This document shows, in pieces, positions 38,180 to 49,989 of a stretch of DNA of 64,000 nt. Below the pieces are notes generated by a model. That model had not been told where the DNA came from and ran no database searches. It worked only from the letters and a program-made list of their open reading frames with translations. The position numbers and the translations under genes were made by a program. How positions within the stretch are numbered: position 1 is the stretch's first letter; every line of letters starts with the position of its first letter. The stretch spans positions 930,001 through 994,000 of the forward strand of contig JAYWIR010000051.1 in assembly GCA_036172245.1 (NCBI GenBank), given 5' to 3'. This DNA is from Raillietiella orientalis. Its lineage: Eukaryota.

Positions 38180-40050
38180 GTCACTAATTTAAATAAATGA
38201 ATAAATCAAAACAAAAACAAAGACTGAAGTGCGTCGATCCTAACACGAAAGGACCACCCTCTCAGGGAACAGTAGTAGGGAGGGTGGGAAGATATGCAGA
38301 CCTTCGCTTCCTTTTCAAGATGATGAGTGGTCTTTGTTGCTGCTGCATCTATAGAAAATCCTTCTGGAACACAAAAACATCGTGCGAATCTTTTTGAGTG
38401 TCCTTTGGGTACAAGAAGGCCTTTGGGGCCTCATGCTCCTGAAGAACCAACTGAAGGAAGGCACAGTCCAGCTGGAGACGCGGACCAATTCCTTCAATCC
38501 ATACTGAGCATGGTTTGAGGAAATCTGCTATTACAGCATTGGGAAGTCCGTCGTCTTTTGCATGAGGAAGAGAAGCTCAGAGACAAGATGAGGGTAGGAG
38601 GAATACCTGCTTTAAAGATGACCAATAGGTCATCTGGTCGCTGCCTTAAAGGACATTGCGGATGAGCAGATACAATTTCCCTCATCCTGGAGCATTTCCA
38701 GTTAGCCTTTTTCTATTCTGGGTGTGAGCTGGACCATTCGTGCCCGCAAGGTAAACTCTGAGCGGTAGCACTGGAGACGCGCGGCAACTGAGGACTGACC
38801 TATTACAGAGAGATGAGGAGTTGTGAGCTCACATTCATTCAAGAATTCATGGTCACTGGGAGCTTTCCAAAATCTTCTGCCTTCTCACCGTGTGGGCAGC
38901 CCGCTTTCTTGAGCGGATAGCCAAGGCCTTACCGTGATAGCAACTTCCCCAGCTGCGCTTGCAAACGCAACCCCTTTTCCCACAAAACGTCCATTGCTAT
39001 AAGCAACAAATGGAGCAGAATCGGGGCTTCCTATCTTCAAGCCGCCCAGCGGTTAGGAACGTATCGTAGGATGGGCAAAAAGGTCACGACCCTGTTGGTC
39101 ATCCTACGGTTGATGGGCAGCGCCTGGTAATCGCCAGGCTGAAAGTGGAGCAGACTCTGCTACGATTTCCTATGACATGCTTTGAAGTTGCATCTTCATC
39201 TTGAAAAGGAAGGGAAGGTCTGCCTATCTTCCCACCCACTTTGTTAGCCGCAGAGTAGACTGCTCTCGTTTCGATCCACTGGGCGGCCTCACCTCCTACC
39301 TGGAGACGTGCGGGATAGTGGAGGCCTGGAGCGCAGGAAGAAGAGGCCAGAATGGAATTCCAGTCCTTGCGAAGGGCTGCACATATGGTAGCCACAGCGG
39401 CGAGAGAATTGCCGGTCATCATTGAGGTCACAAATTTGTCTGACAAGAGCGGACAGACATAAGAGCGACTGAGCTAAGAGATTCTTCTCTCAGTTATGTG
39501 GGGAAGAAGAGAATGCTACCTCCACCCTGAGGGTGGCGACATCTACTCGTCTCGAAAGGAAAAGCTTCTTATCTCATTATGCTTTTCCATAAACGATGTA
39601 ATGCTGCTGAACTTCCTCGGCTCTTGCATTTAATCCGTGAAGGACGATCTCTCTCTTCCCGAAATTTTCCTTTCATTCAAAAACTCTTCTTCATTTTGAA
39701 GGAACGATGCTGCACTGCAGTAGTAGTGCAGTGAACAAAACGATTACAAAGCACAGCCTCTTACCACCACCATGTCCTTCGTCTTTGTCGCAGAGAACTA
39801 AAAGAAGAAGCATCCTGAATCTCAATCGCTGCTTCGTAGACATCCAAGATATGTTCTGCTGCACTTTTGCCTGCTGTTTCAAGTTCATATTCGTGAATGT
39901 AACCCCCACCTTGTCCACCTCCGTGTTAAAGACCGACTCATCATAACGGAGATCCAGCTGTATTGAGCAGCTTCTTTGATTCCGTCTTTGTGAAGGTAGG
40001 AACATTCAAAACTGTGGTACAATACTTGAGAGGCGAGAGAGGAAGAACAG
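38180..40050 (-). mobile_element. Degenerate Utopia-like LINE fragments
   Basis: NTEVDKVGVTFTNMNLKQ (~39.9 kb) matches NLEVDKVERHFQNELEMKQ at 27.42 kb. RPDDLLV (~38.63 kb) and VGSSGA*GP (~38.44 kb) match REL-domain motifs. Confidence 0.45.
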
Positions 40051-40534
40051 TACGAAACCTATCAGGTATTCCTTAGATGTACGAACCTACAGATTAGGCT
40101 CATGAGATCGTAAGGAAAACTGGCGGATCTGTGAGGTGGTGAGAAATGCGGCGGAGACCTATGTACTGGTGCAAGGATCGGAAAGAAGCCAAAGTGGCTA
40201 CCATTGATGGCCCATCCAGCAAATGCTTAATGGAAGCAGGAACGCAGGCATCCACCCGGATGTTGCATTCCTCCTTGTCTTTGAGAAATACAAAGGCAGA
40301 CTCGGTCTCCTCTTCCTGTGGAAATGACGACCACGTCTGTTCGCATTCCTCAATGAGACGGCCGTTCTCGAATAGCCCATCCGCTGAAGACTAGCCTTCT
40401 GCTTCCTCGTCGGTAGCTGACCAGGGAGTTCGACCAGTGCATGCCTCACGTCCGTAGCGTCGAGGTCTCACCTGTCCACACACCATCCCCACCCTGCCCC
40501 CACTAAGTGCGAGTTTCCACCCATGATGGACCAC

Positions 40535-40540
40535 TTTATT
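40535..40540 (-). promoter_or_regulatory. Polyadenylation signal of the astacin gene
   Basis: AATAAA on the minus strand about 30 nt after the stop codon. Confidence 0.65.
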
Positions 40541-40571
40541 GTTTGCACAAAGATTCCCGGTTCGGCTGCCA

Positions 40572-43500
40572 TCATACAAACTCGATCTTCGCCTCGAAGC
40601 CGTATTCTTTATAGCCACTTTGGTTCACCCAATGCAGGATGAGGGTCTGCCCGGAAGATAAATACGAGAGGCCTTTATACAGCCTATCATTGCTGCAGAA
40701 CCTGAAGAAATAAAGGGGAATCAGCGGTGCGCTCGAGCACTCCTCTCACTTTCGTCCCAAATTCGACCTCACTCCAGATCGTGGGAGGATTGTGCTGAGA
40801 ACTCACGCGTAAGAGTAGTACGGGTCGTGGAAGCGCACGTTGAGCGCTGCGTGGTAGCAGGAGCCTGTCACATGGGCCTTCGTGATGGTGAACCTCACCC
40901 TCTTTCCATGAGGAGCTTTTATCTCCCAAATGCACTGACCCCTTTCGAAAAACGCTCCTAAGGTGGTGCCATCCTGCGTCACCTCTCCTCCGCAATTCTG
41001 CGGGTTGTCGGCTAAAAAGACAGCAACTCGGTCAGTTGAGTGGCTCCAGAAAGACACACAGGCCATCCGCCCAACCGCGCGTTCCTTCCGCCGCTCTCCA
41101 GAATCGCTCCCTTCTCTTCTTCTTTGCCATGCACAGAAGCTCGCTCCATGCGCCGCCATGCCTGCAGGTGTAGCATGAAGCTCGCGCATCTCACGGATAC
41201 CCTCCGCTGCATCGTGCGCACGAACCCTCTGCATCGTGAGGGGCAGTCGTCCTTGAAGGAGCAGATCCCGTCGCCGGAAGCGAGACCGAAAAGTGTGCGT
41301 GCAGGAAGGGGAAATGCATCGGAAGAGGTTTCGGGCCATTGCGCCACGAAGATGCCACAACGGCTGGAGGAACCGGACCGCTCCCGGTGCCGTGACTCTC
41401 GATACGATGAAACCGAGAGCAACGTACGCAGTCCTTCCTTCGTGAGTGAGCCAACGGCTGCTCACGTTGAGCGGACGCCACACTCGCAAGAGCCAACGTG
41501 GGCGCAACAGCCCCTGCATGCGGGTCCACTGGTTTGCAGGCGCTGACGCGGCACACAGCTCTATGAGCGCAGACCGACGGTGCGAAGCATAGCCGATGAG
41601 ACATTTGCGCCACTGAGGACGACATCGCGTTCACGAAGTGAAGCCAAGCACGCATTTCGCGTATCGGCCGCCACCATCAGGGAGTGCACGCGCTCCAATC
41701 CGAGAGCGCGCTCGATGGCATTCGTACTCGTGCGGCGTTCGCTTCTGAGAGAGTTCATCTGATTTGTCTTGGGGTCGCCGCCTCCGCTGCATCCTTGCTC
41801 GCCGCACCGCCTAATCCACCTTGATTTTGGTACACGTGACATGCAGGACGGTGCCACGGGACCTCCGGCACTGCTCCCGAAGCTCAGCAAACGGGGAAGC
41901 GCGCACGTGGGGTCAAAGCGCGGCACTGCAAACGCTCATGTGGCGCTTCAGCGTGCCGTGGAAGGCATGAGGTCGAATTCGGCCACCTTAGGAGCGGACG
42001 CGGAGAGGAAGACTCTACCCGCCTAGGAAGTCCGGGGCTTGCGCGCCTCAGCCCTCTGGAGTTGCCTCCTGCCGGAGAGATGCGATTCTTTGCCACTCGC
42101 GGTCCGGAAGCCATCGGCTGCGCCTTGGTAACGTAGGTCCTTCCGTCCTACAAACAGTCCGCAGCGAGAACTCATCCCATACTGAGCAAACACGAAAACA
42201 GAGGTCACGGGTCGCTGTGGCTGCTGCGCCCAATCCAGGTGAAGGATGTACGGAGTTGTCTCTGAACACGAGAAAACCAACAGCGCAAAACGAAATTTCA
42301 TGCTCCCGCGAGAAGTTTCTCTTCCCCCGTGACACGGCGCTACACAAAGTTCCTCTTGTACGCTTCTGCGTGCCGTCACCCCGAGGCATACCAAGCCTCC
42401 GACCAAAATTCTTATTCGAGCAGACTTCGGGCTCGCGTCCTACCGCCGTTGCACGCGAATCATCTGCGCTCCACTGGGAAGCGAACGGGGCTCGACGCCT
42501 GCCTCCACCTCATCCCTCTGTTCCTGCTCGCTTACGGTAGTAGCTCTCCCCGGTGAGTTCCTGGCAGTAATCTCCCCTGGTGCCTCTAGGGCATACGCAT
42601 TTGCAGTCCTTCCCGAGGTAACCATCATTCTGGCACCGCTCTGGTTCGACGCCGCAAGACTTGCCCCAGTGCGCTGAAACAGAGGTCTCAGAATCGCTCT
42701 GCTCGCTCCGTGTGATGGTCTCCTGCACCTCCGGCCTTGAGTACGACGTACCTGAGCACTTGTAAGCCCTGTTCAGGAGCAGCTTGTCCCTGTGACTGAA
42801 GCCTTGGGCTTCACCCAGAATGTATTGATACTTCACTTCCTTTGTGGCCATCACCGGCTCTCCGGTAGGAGAAAAGGACTGCAACAGAGCACCAGACGCC
42901 AATAGGAAGCGGAAACGTGGCAGCCTGACTCACGTTGTATCTGTACTGCATGACGCTGCTGTAATCGTACTTTACGCCGTAGGTGTTGCAGTCATGTGAT
43001 TTCCTGTAGTTGTGTCTCTGGCTTTCCTCTACCATGTTCAGGTCCAAAGAGAGGTACTCATCTCTGTCTGGACGGCACTGCTCGTGTAGCATCCCCACAG
43101 CATGGCCGAATTCGTGAATTATGATCGATAGCTTGGAAAGAAAGGAAGAGATGGAGCCTTTCTCTCCCAGTGGCCCCTGCTGGAGATCAGACCAGCTCCT
43201 CTTCTCCCCGGCTACGCCGGAAGCATCACGTTGACGCGACGCGTAAGGCGTGCTCGCATTGACCGCGCCCGTCTTGGCGCCGCAAACAAGAACGAAGGTC
43301 TCCTCGACTCTTCGATCGATGGGCAAACCCTTGGAACGGGGAAGCGACACAGGGACAGCCAGTGGGCCCAAGGAGGAGTAGGGCGAGGGCCAATTCCTCC
43401 TTGGGAGGAGGAACTTTGAGCATTGTACTTCCATTTCAAAGTGACCCCTTTCCCCATTCCCGCTCGCTCGTAAAGAGTCGTTTTCGATTGAGGATACTGC

Positions 43501-44430
43501 GGCTCTCGTAGGGCAGCGCAAACGGTTTCAGAGTGCGTCCGCGGCACTTTCATAACGCCACCCTACGACCCTGACACGGACCAGAGGCAAGCTTCCCCTA
43601 GGAAAGATTACTCACATAGGCACATCCTGGACCAATGGACAGTAGCTGGTAATAATAACCAGGATACTCATTCTTTCCCAGGTAGGACCAGCATCCTGCG
43701 TATCTATTGATGACAATCTTGTGGATGGGTTCTGAGATGTCGACTTCGTACAGCCGGATACACGTGTTCTCGGAGTAGTGTCTCTCGACCTCAGGCATCA
43801 GATTTCGGGTGTCCCAGTCGGCTAAAGGAAACGAGGAGGAGTGAGACAGGTGGATCGAGATGCGAGAGGGAAGAAAAGAGGAGCTACACCTTGTTAAGCA
43901 GCCACTTGTCCCCTCCTCCCATACAGAACAGTCCGCGCCCAAGGAAGTTTCCAAGGGGACGTGCGGTTTCACTGATTCCTTACCACTGGAGTTGAAAGCG
44001 TATGGTACGCGAACCTCTCCATTCTCTGCTTTCCAGAATTTATCTGGAGTGACGGTGCACGACTTCTCTTCCAAAGCTTGTATCTGATCTTCGCCCAGGG
44101 CTATGTCTCCGAAGAACAGGCGCACTCCTTCCACCGGGAACCGGTTCTCGGGAAAGCCTCCCTGGAAATGCAACCCCCGTTCAGATGCCCCGCGCAAGGC
44201 AGCCGTTCGTGGATGAAGATGAAGCGAGGGACGCAGCGGAGATTCACAGGCAGTCCATCGGCCTCGCCGACGGCAACGCCACCTACCATGCTGAAGTTCT
44301 GGATTTCCCCCGAGGACGTGTGGACCGCCAGGATGACCTGGAAGAACAGCGTCCATGATCCCGAGAACGCGTGTCTCTTCGAGATCTTTACCAGGAGGAA
44401 GGCGCCTGCCGCTCTCTTCGACGACTGCAT
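40572..44430 (-). CDS. Astacin-family (M12A) zinc metalloprotease with EGF-like and CUB domains (blastula protease 10/SpAN-like), 423 aa, 9 exons
   Basis: Exons 44430-44392, 44337-44287, 44161-43984, 43821-43616, 43131-42934, 42878-42752, 42673-42536, 41011-40807, 40701-40572. All introns are GT-AG with consistent phases; total 1272 nt. Signal peptide, prodomain FFGDI, GCWSYLG, HEFGHAVGMLHE, RPDRD, Met-turn SVMQY, EGF CQNDGYLGKDCKCVCPRGTRGDYC, CUB CGGEV..CIWEI..GFEAKIEFV*. Confidence 0.93.
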
Positions 44431-44500
44431 GACTGCCTGCGTTTCCTTCTCGCGAAGCAACCGAACTCTTCTCCGATGCCTCCCTCTCTCTGAAGGCTCC

Positions 44501-44506
44501 CTTATA
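44501..44506 (-). promoter_or_regulatory. Putative TATA box of the astacin gene
   Basis: TATAAG on the minus strand about 70 nt upstream of the ATG, in an otherwise GC-rich context. Confidence 0.55.
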
Positions 44507-45495
44507 GGAGACCCGCGAGGATTGCATGTGCGCGAAGAAAACGCAAATGCAGTGGAGAGCAGCAGGTTTTTCTTGTTTATGGGATCCAGACGAGGGAGTT
44601 CATTAGGAGCACGTGTCCGCCCCAGTTTTCACCTTCAACATGCGCTCCTGCAGGTGGTCCCATTGGAATGAACGGAGCGCTGAGAAAACTCGGGCGGAGA
44701 GCATTTGCTCCGCCTGGACCCTGCGGGACGGCGCAGTCGTTGGCGGAAGTGGTCGAGGGAGGAGGCCAGTTCTCTCTTACCTTGTGTAGTCTCTTTCAGA
44801 AGAACCAGAAGTCTACTTCCACCTTCCCATGAGGCCTCGCCTCCTTGACTCCCAAGGGTATCCTTGGCTCGGCCCCTTGCGCCGTCGGGTGCCCAAGAGG
44901 TGCCCCCGCGCCTTGTTGCCCCGAAGAGAAGCGCAACTCGCACGAACCGTTGTCCTCATTGCTCCCATGGACGGGCTCCTCCTCGTTCCATCCCTAGTCC
45001 AGGATCCGTCTTCGAAGCATCCTCTAATCCCGCCGCTGAACCTCCTCCACCGTTCTACTCGCTCGCATGCCTGGGAAGAAGACCCTGCAGCTCGGCAACC
45101 ACCCCTGCTCGAAATCTCAGCAGCATGTTGCCTCAGCTCTGTGCTCGGATCCCGGAGAAGTTAGTGCGGCGGATTGGCGCACAGCTGGGAAGTGGAAGAT
45201 TCCATCCTCTCCTCCTTCCTTCCTGCAAGAGCAGACGACCCTCCCGGACGCCGAGGTGACCGAAAGTAGACGCAGAAATCCCACTTCCCGGATCGCCATA
45301 CAGAATGCCTGCCTGTTCCCCAATCCTCCCTAACTTCAGCTGCCAATTTTCCTGGACAGTTCACTCCCGCTTCCCCAGCGGAGGCGACACGCTTCCTGCA
45401 CTGGGATTGCCCGCTCAACCAGTGCCGGCACCTCTGGACGAAGGGGGATGCTTCCCTCCTTTCTCTTCCCACTCCCCATACGTTTGGGCCCGATG

Positions 45496-46320
45496 CACAT
45501 ACATATATATATATACATGTGTGTGTGTGCGTGCGTGCATGATATGGGAAATTATACATAATTATAATACATATAAAACATGTAATTAATGATTATGTAT
45601 GTAATCATTAATGTATGTATATCGTTAATAAATAATGGACGCATGAAAGTGTGTATATAATAAATGAATAGGCTAATAATAATTAATGATAATTAATAAG
45701 TGATGATGATACTTAATAATAAATGAACTTATATATAAGGTATATATAATAAATAAATTTAAAATATTTTTTTAAATGAATAATAGTGATTAATAAATAA
45801 AAATGAATAATAATAAAAGAATAATCAATGAATAATGATACGCAATCAACAATAATCGATAATAATAAATGATAACTAAAATAAATAAGTCAATAATAAA
45901 TTAAAATTAACAAGTTAACAATAATTAATAGATAAGAAAAAATAAATAACAAATAATAAGAAGAAATAAATAACAGTAATCAATTAATAATAATGAATAA
46001 ACAACAAGAAATAATAAATAGCACTAAATTATCGCAAGTAATTAATAATAATAATAATAATAAAATAATAAGTAAGAAGCAATGTAATTAATAAATAATA
46101 GTAAGTGATAAACAACACAGATAATAAATAATAATGAGTGATAAATAAACATACTTAATAAATGACAATTAAAATAAACATAGTTGGTAGCAATTAATTA
46201 ATAATAACTAATGATGATTATTAATTAGCAACAAATAACTGTATGTATATGTGCATATGAACATATATATACATACATATACATACATATATATGTACAT
46301 ACATATATATGTATGTATCT
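45496..46320. repeat. AT-rich low-complexity block (degenerate AAT/AAAT repeats) flanked by TA/CA microsatellites
   Basis: About 800 bp made almost entirely of aat/aaat units. (TA)n/(TG)n at 45496-45540 and (TACA/TA)n at 46240-46318. Confidence 0.9.
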
Positions 46321-46509
46321 TCACGTTTGTTTATTTTATTCTGCTGCATTGCCTCTTTGACCCTTGTTCATGGTGAGCGTCTTTTTCTTAGCTGGAGTCA
46401 TCGTGCCCCCAGGGTGAGTCAGCGCATGTTCATATACTTTGGGCAAACGTCCAAGGGTGGACGTCCAAGGGTGCTGGACGATCCCCACCTTTTTCCTCCC
46501 CCCCCCCCA

Positions 46510-46975
46510 TCAGGGCAGTACTGGAGGGACGGTTGCTCTCTGCTGCCTCATCGGAGCAGCGGCAGCACGAAGGACAGCGAAAAGAGCTTCACCATCATGA
46601 TGACTTCCCTCTTGGAAAGCACAACAAGCTGACCTCCAGCTGGCGATCTTGAGGACGGAGATGGCCAGCATCCTGCACAGGATGCAGAGGAGTATGGGGA
46701 TTACCGGGGAGACTTTTCCCTCCTTTACTCCCGCCCATCCCCTCTCTCCCACATACACACCCGAAAACTTCCACATTTTTGTTTTTGTTTTCATTTCCTT
46801 TTCTGGAATCCCACTCCTTCCTTCCTTGAGGAGTTTCTCTCCGGAAAATCACCTGGCTCCTCTCCAGCGCATCCAGGATGCTTCAGACTTTGGTGTGGTC
46901 CAGCGTCCTACCCGGCATTCTTCTATTCAGCCGGGTTTTCTATTGTGGCGGATCTCAATAAACGCCCCGGCGTGG
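46510..46975 (+). mobile_element. L1/Tx1-type LINE 3' fragment
   Basis: LRTEMASILHRMQR C-terminus, pyrimidine-rich 3'UTR, and AATAAA-CGCCCCGGCGTG at 46957-46974. Confidence 0.72.
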
Positions 46976-48861
46976 CATCCCGCGACCGCCCCCCACTCCG
47001 TGGACAGAAGGAGGAAGAGGACTGCAGCAGTGAAATGAGTGTAAATCCATCCGTTGCGAGGGCTATCTTCTCTTAGCAGCCTCTTAGCAGGTGGCTGTTT
47101 CCTCGCAACGTTGCCACAGATCGTGCGGTCCAAGTGCCGGACGAGGGACAAACCCTGGGGAAGTTTGTTCTTTCTGGATATAGAGCTCGAACCTTCGCGC
47201 TGACGCGCGAGACGAAAGCCGCCTGATGGGACCCCTGGCAAGGGTGCGTTCGCATTCACCCCTCACCACCGAACCACTCGCAATTACTGCTCCCCATGGG
47301 CAGCAGTGGCGCGTGATTCCAAAGCAAAACGGATGTTGCGGATTCGCTCCGCGAGCGCCCAATCTTCAGCGAGAAGATATTTGCCAGTTGCGGGATTCCG
47401 TAATCATCCTTCTAACAGTAGTATCTGGAGCAAGACGGGCCGCCACCACTGTAAGGTGACTGACACGCGAGACCAGGTTTCGAATGCCCGAAGCCTCCAG
47501 TGCACGAGCCGCGTGCACATGGAGCCACAGCAATCAAACGTCGACTTGTTTTCTTGATTATCCTGCTCAGGAAAAAAAGGAAGCCCTCAAGTCCCTGCCT
47601 GGGCAAACAACCGAGAAATTAGGTTCAAGAAAACAAGCCCTGTGATCTGTTTCGTTCCTCCCATGTTTTCGCCGCACGCGCCAACGCTCCCGCCACCGGC
47701 CTCTCCGCACGCACGGGAATGCTCGCATCCGAGCCGACAGGCGAAAGGATGGCGTATCGCCTGGCCGGTTGCGTTGGCCTCGGCCTGGACACTCCTCTCC
47801 TGAACGACCACTTTCCAGCGACTTGGGGTCATCGGAATCCGAAGCACAGAAAGAGCTCGCAGCTATTGCGGCCGCCGGTAGGAAAACGCGTTAGAAAAGT
47901 GCCGCTGACCAGAGGTCATCTGGTCTCTCGGATCGCAAGTCTCAGAGAGCACAGAGCCTCTCTCTCTCTCTCTCTCTTCGTTCTTCAGGGCGCTCTTTTG
48001 ACCCCCTAGAATGCTGCTGGAAGGACTTTGTGCGTCCGTTTTGGCAGCTCAGGAAAAGAGGGAGGTTCTGCACGGCATGCCCTCATAACCATCGGTGGAG
48101 AAGCTGTCCCGCGTTCCTTTCGGTTCCCCTGTGATGAGGTTCCACTCCCAATCCCCACTAAGCTCACCCAGCTACCAAAGCGTGCCGAAGACAGGAGAAA
48201 GGAAAGGTGCTTCTGCTGCAAAAGAACCGCAGGCAAACCGAGGGAGCCTCGGAATGCAGTCTTGAGTTCTGCAAGGTGAGGTCATCCGCAAGCGAGGGCC
48301 CGAACTGAATGCAACTCGATATCTTGGCAGCGCTTGGATGAAGCGTGGAATCCAAACAAGCAGATATTGTAGGTGCAACATCTTGGAGCATTCGGGAAGC
48401 GACCAAAGAGAGATGAGTTGATGACGAAGAAGTTCGAATCGCTTCTTGAAGCACAATGAGCAAGAAGACGCGGTGATCAACCTGCGCTGGGAGTTGGCGC
48501 CATTACACAGATCCGCTGCAGGAGGTTCGTGGAACTCCTCTCGTCTGAGCTGTCCCGCCGTGCATCGTGCAGGGACGCTGTTTCCCAGGAACGCAGCAGA
48601 AGTGTGCCGATCCGGGCAACAGCTCCCTGCTCTGATCTCCGTGAAAGTTTCCGCTTGCTGGTTCCCACGCACCAAGACGCCTCTTCACGACTCTAAGCCT
48701 GCTGGTCGGCACGGTGGTTCTCAGTCTTGCCATTAACACAGGAGGATATCCTTCGTCAAAGGACCACTTGCGATCAAGAATGGTTCCTTGCTATGTCGTG
48801 AAACGCTCCCCATCTCTAAGAAAAGTTCCTCTACAACTGGAGACGACAGCAACCTTTCAAA

Positions 48862-49511
48862 GGGTGCGACAGCTGTGCACGTGGCACCGAGTGTCGCGGG
48901 TTCGCATCCCGCCCAGGGGGAAAGGGTCGACGCCGAGAACGGGGGCTGCGTCGTGAGTTTTGAGCTCCCCCGCGAGACGACACTGATTGGCCTCGGTTGG
49001 CTTCAGAGTGCGGCACTGGCGCAAGCTGAATACCCCCGTTGACTGACCGGGATTGGAAGTTGATCCTCCGGAACCAAGGAAGGGTTCCCCTTTGGTTGTC
49101 GAAACGGGGCCGTACCATGGAGCTGGTTGAACCCTTACCACGGAGGGTTGCCTCTCCAGAGAGTCAAAAAGCGCGCCGCTCCTTTCGGTGAGCGACCCTT
49201 CAGAGAAAAATCGTGAGGCATCCCTTTGTGGTTCTTTTCAGAGGAGGAAACGAGAAACTCCTCCTTTCTAGGGGTTCCCTCCGGAGCAGAAATTCCAGGA
49301 GCGGATCCTTTCCGGGTTCTTTATGGAGAAGAAATCAGGAGTGACCCCTTCCGGCGGGTCCCTCCGGAGAGAGTAAGGAAGGTTCTTTTGGGGTTTCCCT
49401 CCCAAGCTTAAGAGGAGCAGACTGCTTCCTCCGGAGCCTTCCTGGATTCATAGGGTGGTCCCTACAGGGTCTCCCTCTATAACTTGAAGTGATACATCCA
49501 CCCTCGGGTAC
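48862..49511 (+). mobile_element. tRNA-headed SINE-like element, copy B
   Basis: B-box-like GGTTCGCATCC at 48899-48909. Collinear with the reverse complement of 14985-15665. Followed by a C-run and an A-rich tract (49512-49555). Confidence 0.72.
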
Positions 49512-49989
49512 TCCCCCCTTCCCCCCCCCCAAAAAAAAAAAAAAATAAATAAAAACAAGCTGTAAGGAAAACAGGGAAACAGAAGGCCGTGAGTTTGGGT
49601 CAAGCACTCGCCAAGGCTCCACGGGATTCCCACAGACCGTGCTCGGAGATTTCCGGTCATATCACCCTCAGAGTGCCCATGCTTTTGAGTTCAGTTCCGA
49701 TCCTTTCCTGCAACACGACGTCCTCAGCGGCAAGCTGTGCTTCCTGATTCGCTGCGTTGGAAACCTGGAACCTCTCTGCGCTTCCGCACAAATTTCAGAT
49801 TTGATGGCAGATGGGGATTGGGCCGTTGCCTCGCTCTTGAAGAGCCTGAAGGAGTGGAGCAGAAGATGCGTTGAGACGAACAAAATTAATTAATTATTTT
49901 TTAGACCTTTTTTTTTAAATCCACTTTCCGTTATGAGAGGGCAGAAGCATCGCCGGCTGCGTTTTCATAGATAAGAGGACAGATGCATC

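Noticed and set aside
43598..44527. 309-aa single ORF as the astacin N-terminus
   Set aside because: It reads through introns. The spliced model with canonical sites gives a proper signal peptide and prodomain.
10306..47220. CTGANGA-like words (10308, 11046, 20272, 21236, 47199) as hammerhead ribozyme cores
   Set aside because: None has the required stem II, GAAA and cleavage-triplet arrangement.
47100..48700. Further LINE RT/APE remnants (SLFFLDIE; QVDHRVF)
   Set aside because: Single short motifs only; boundaries and identity cannot be supported.
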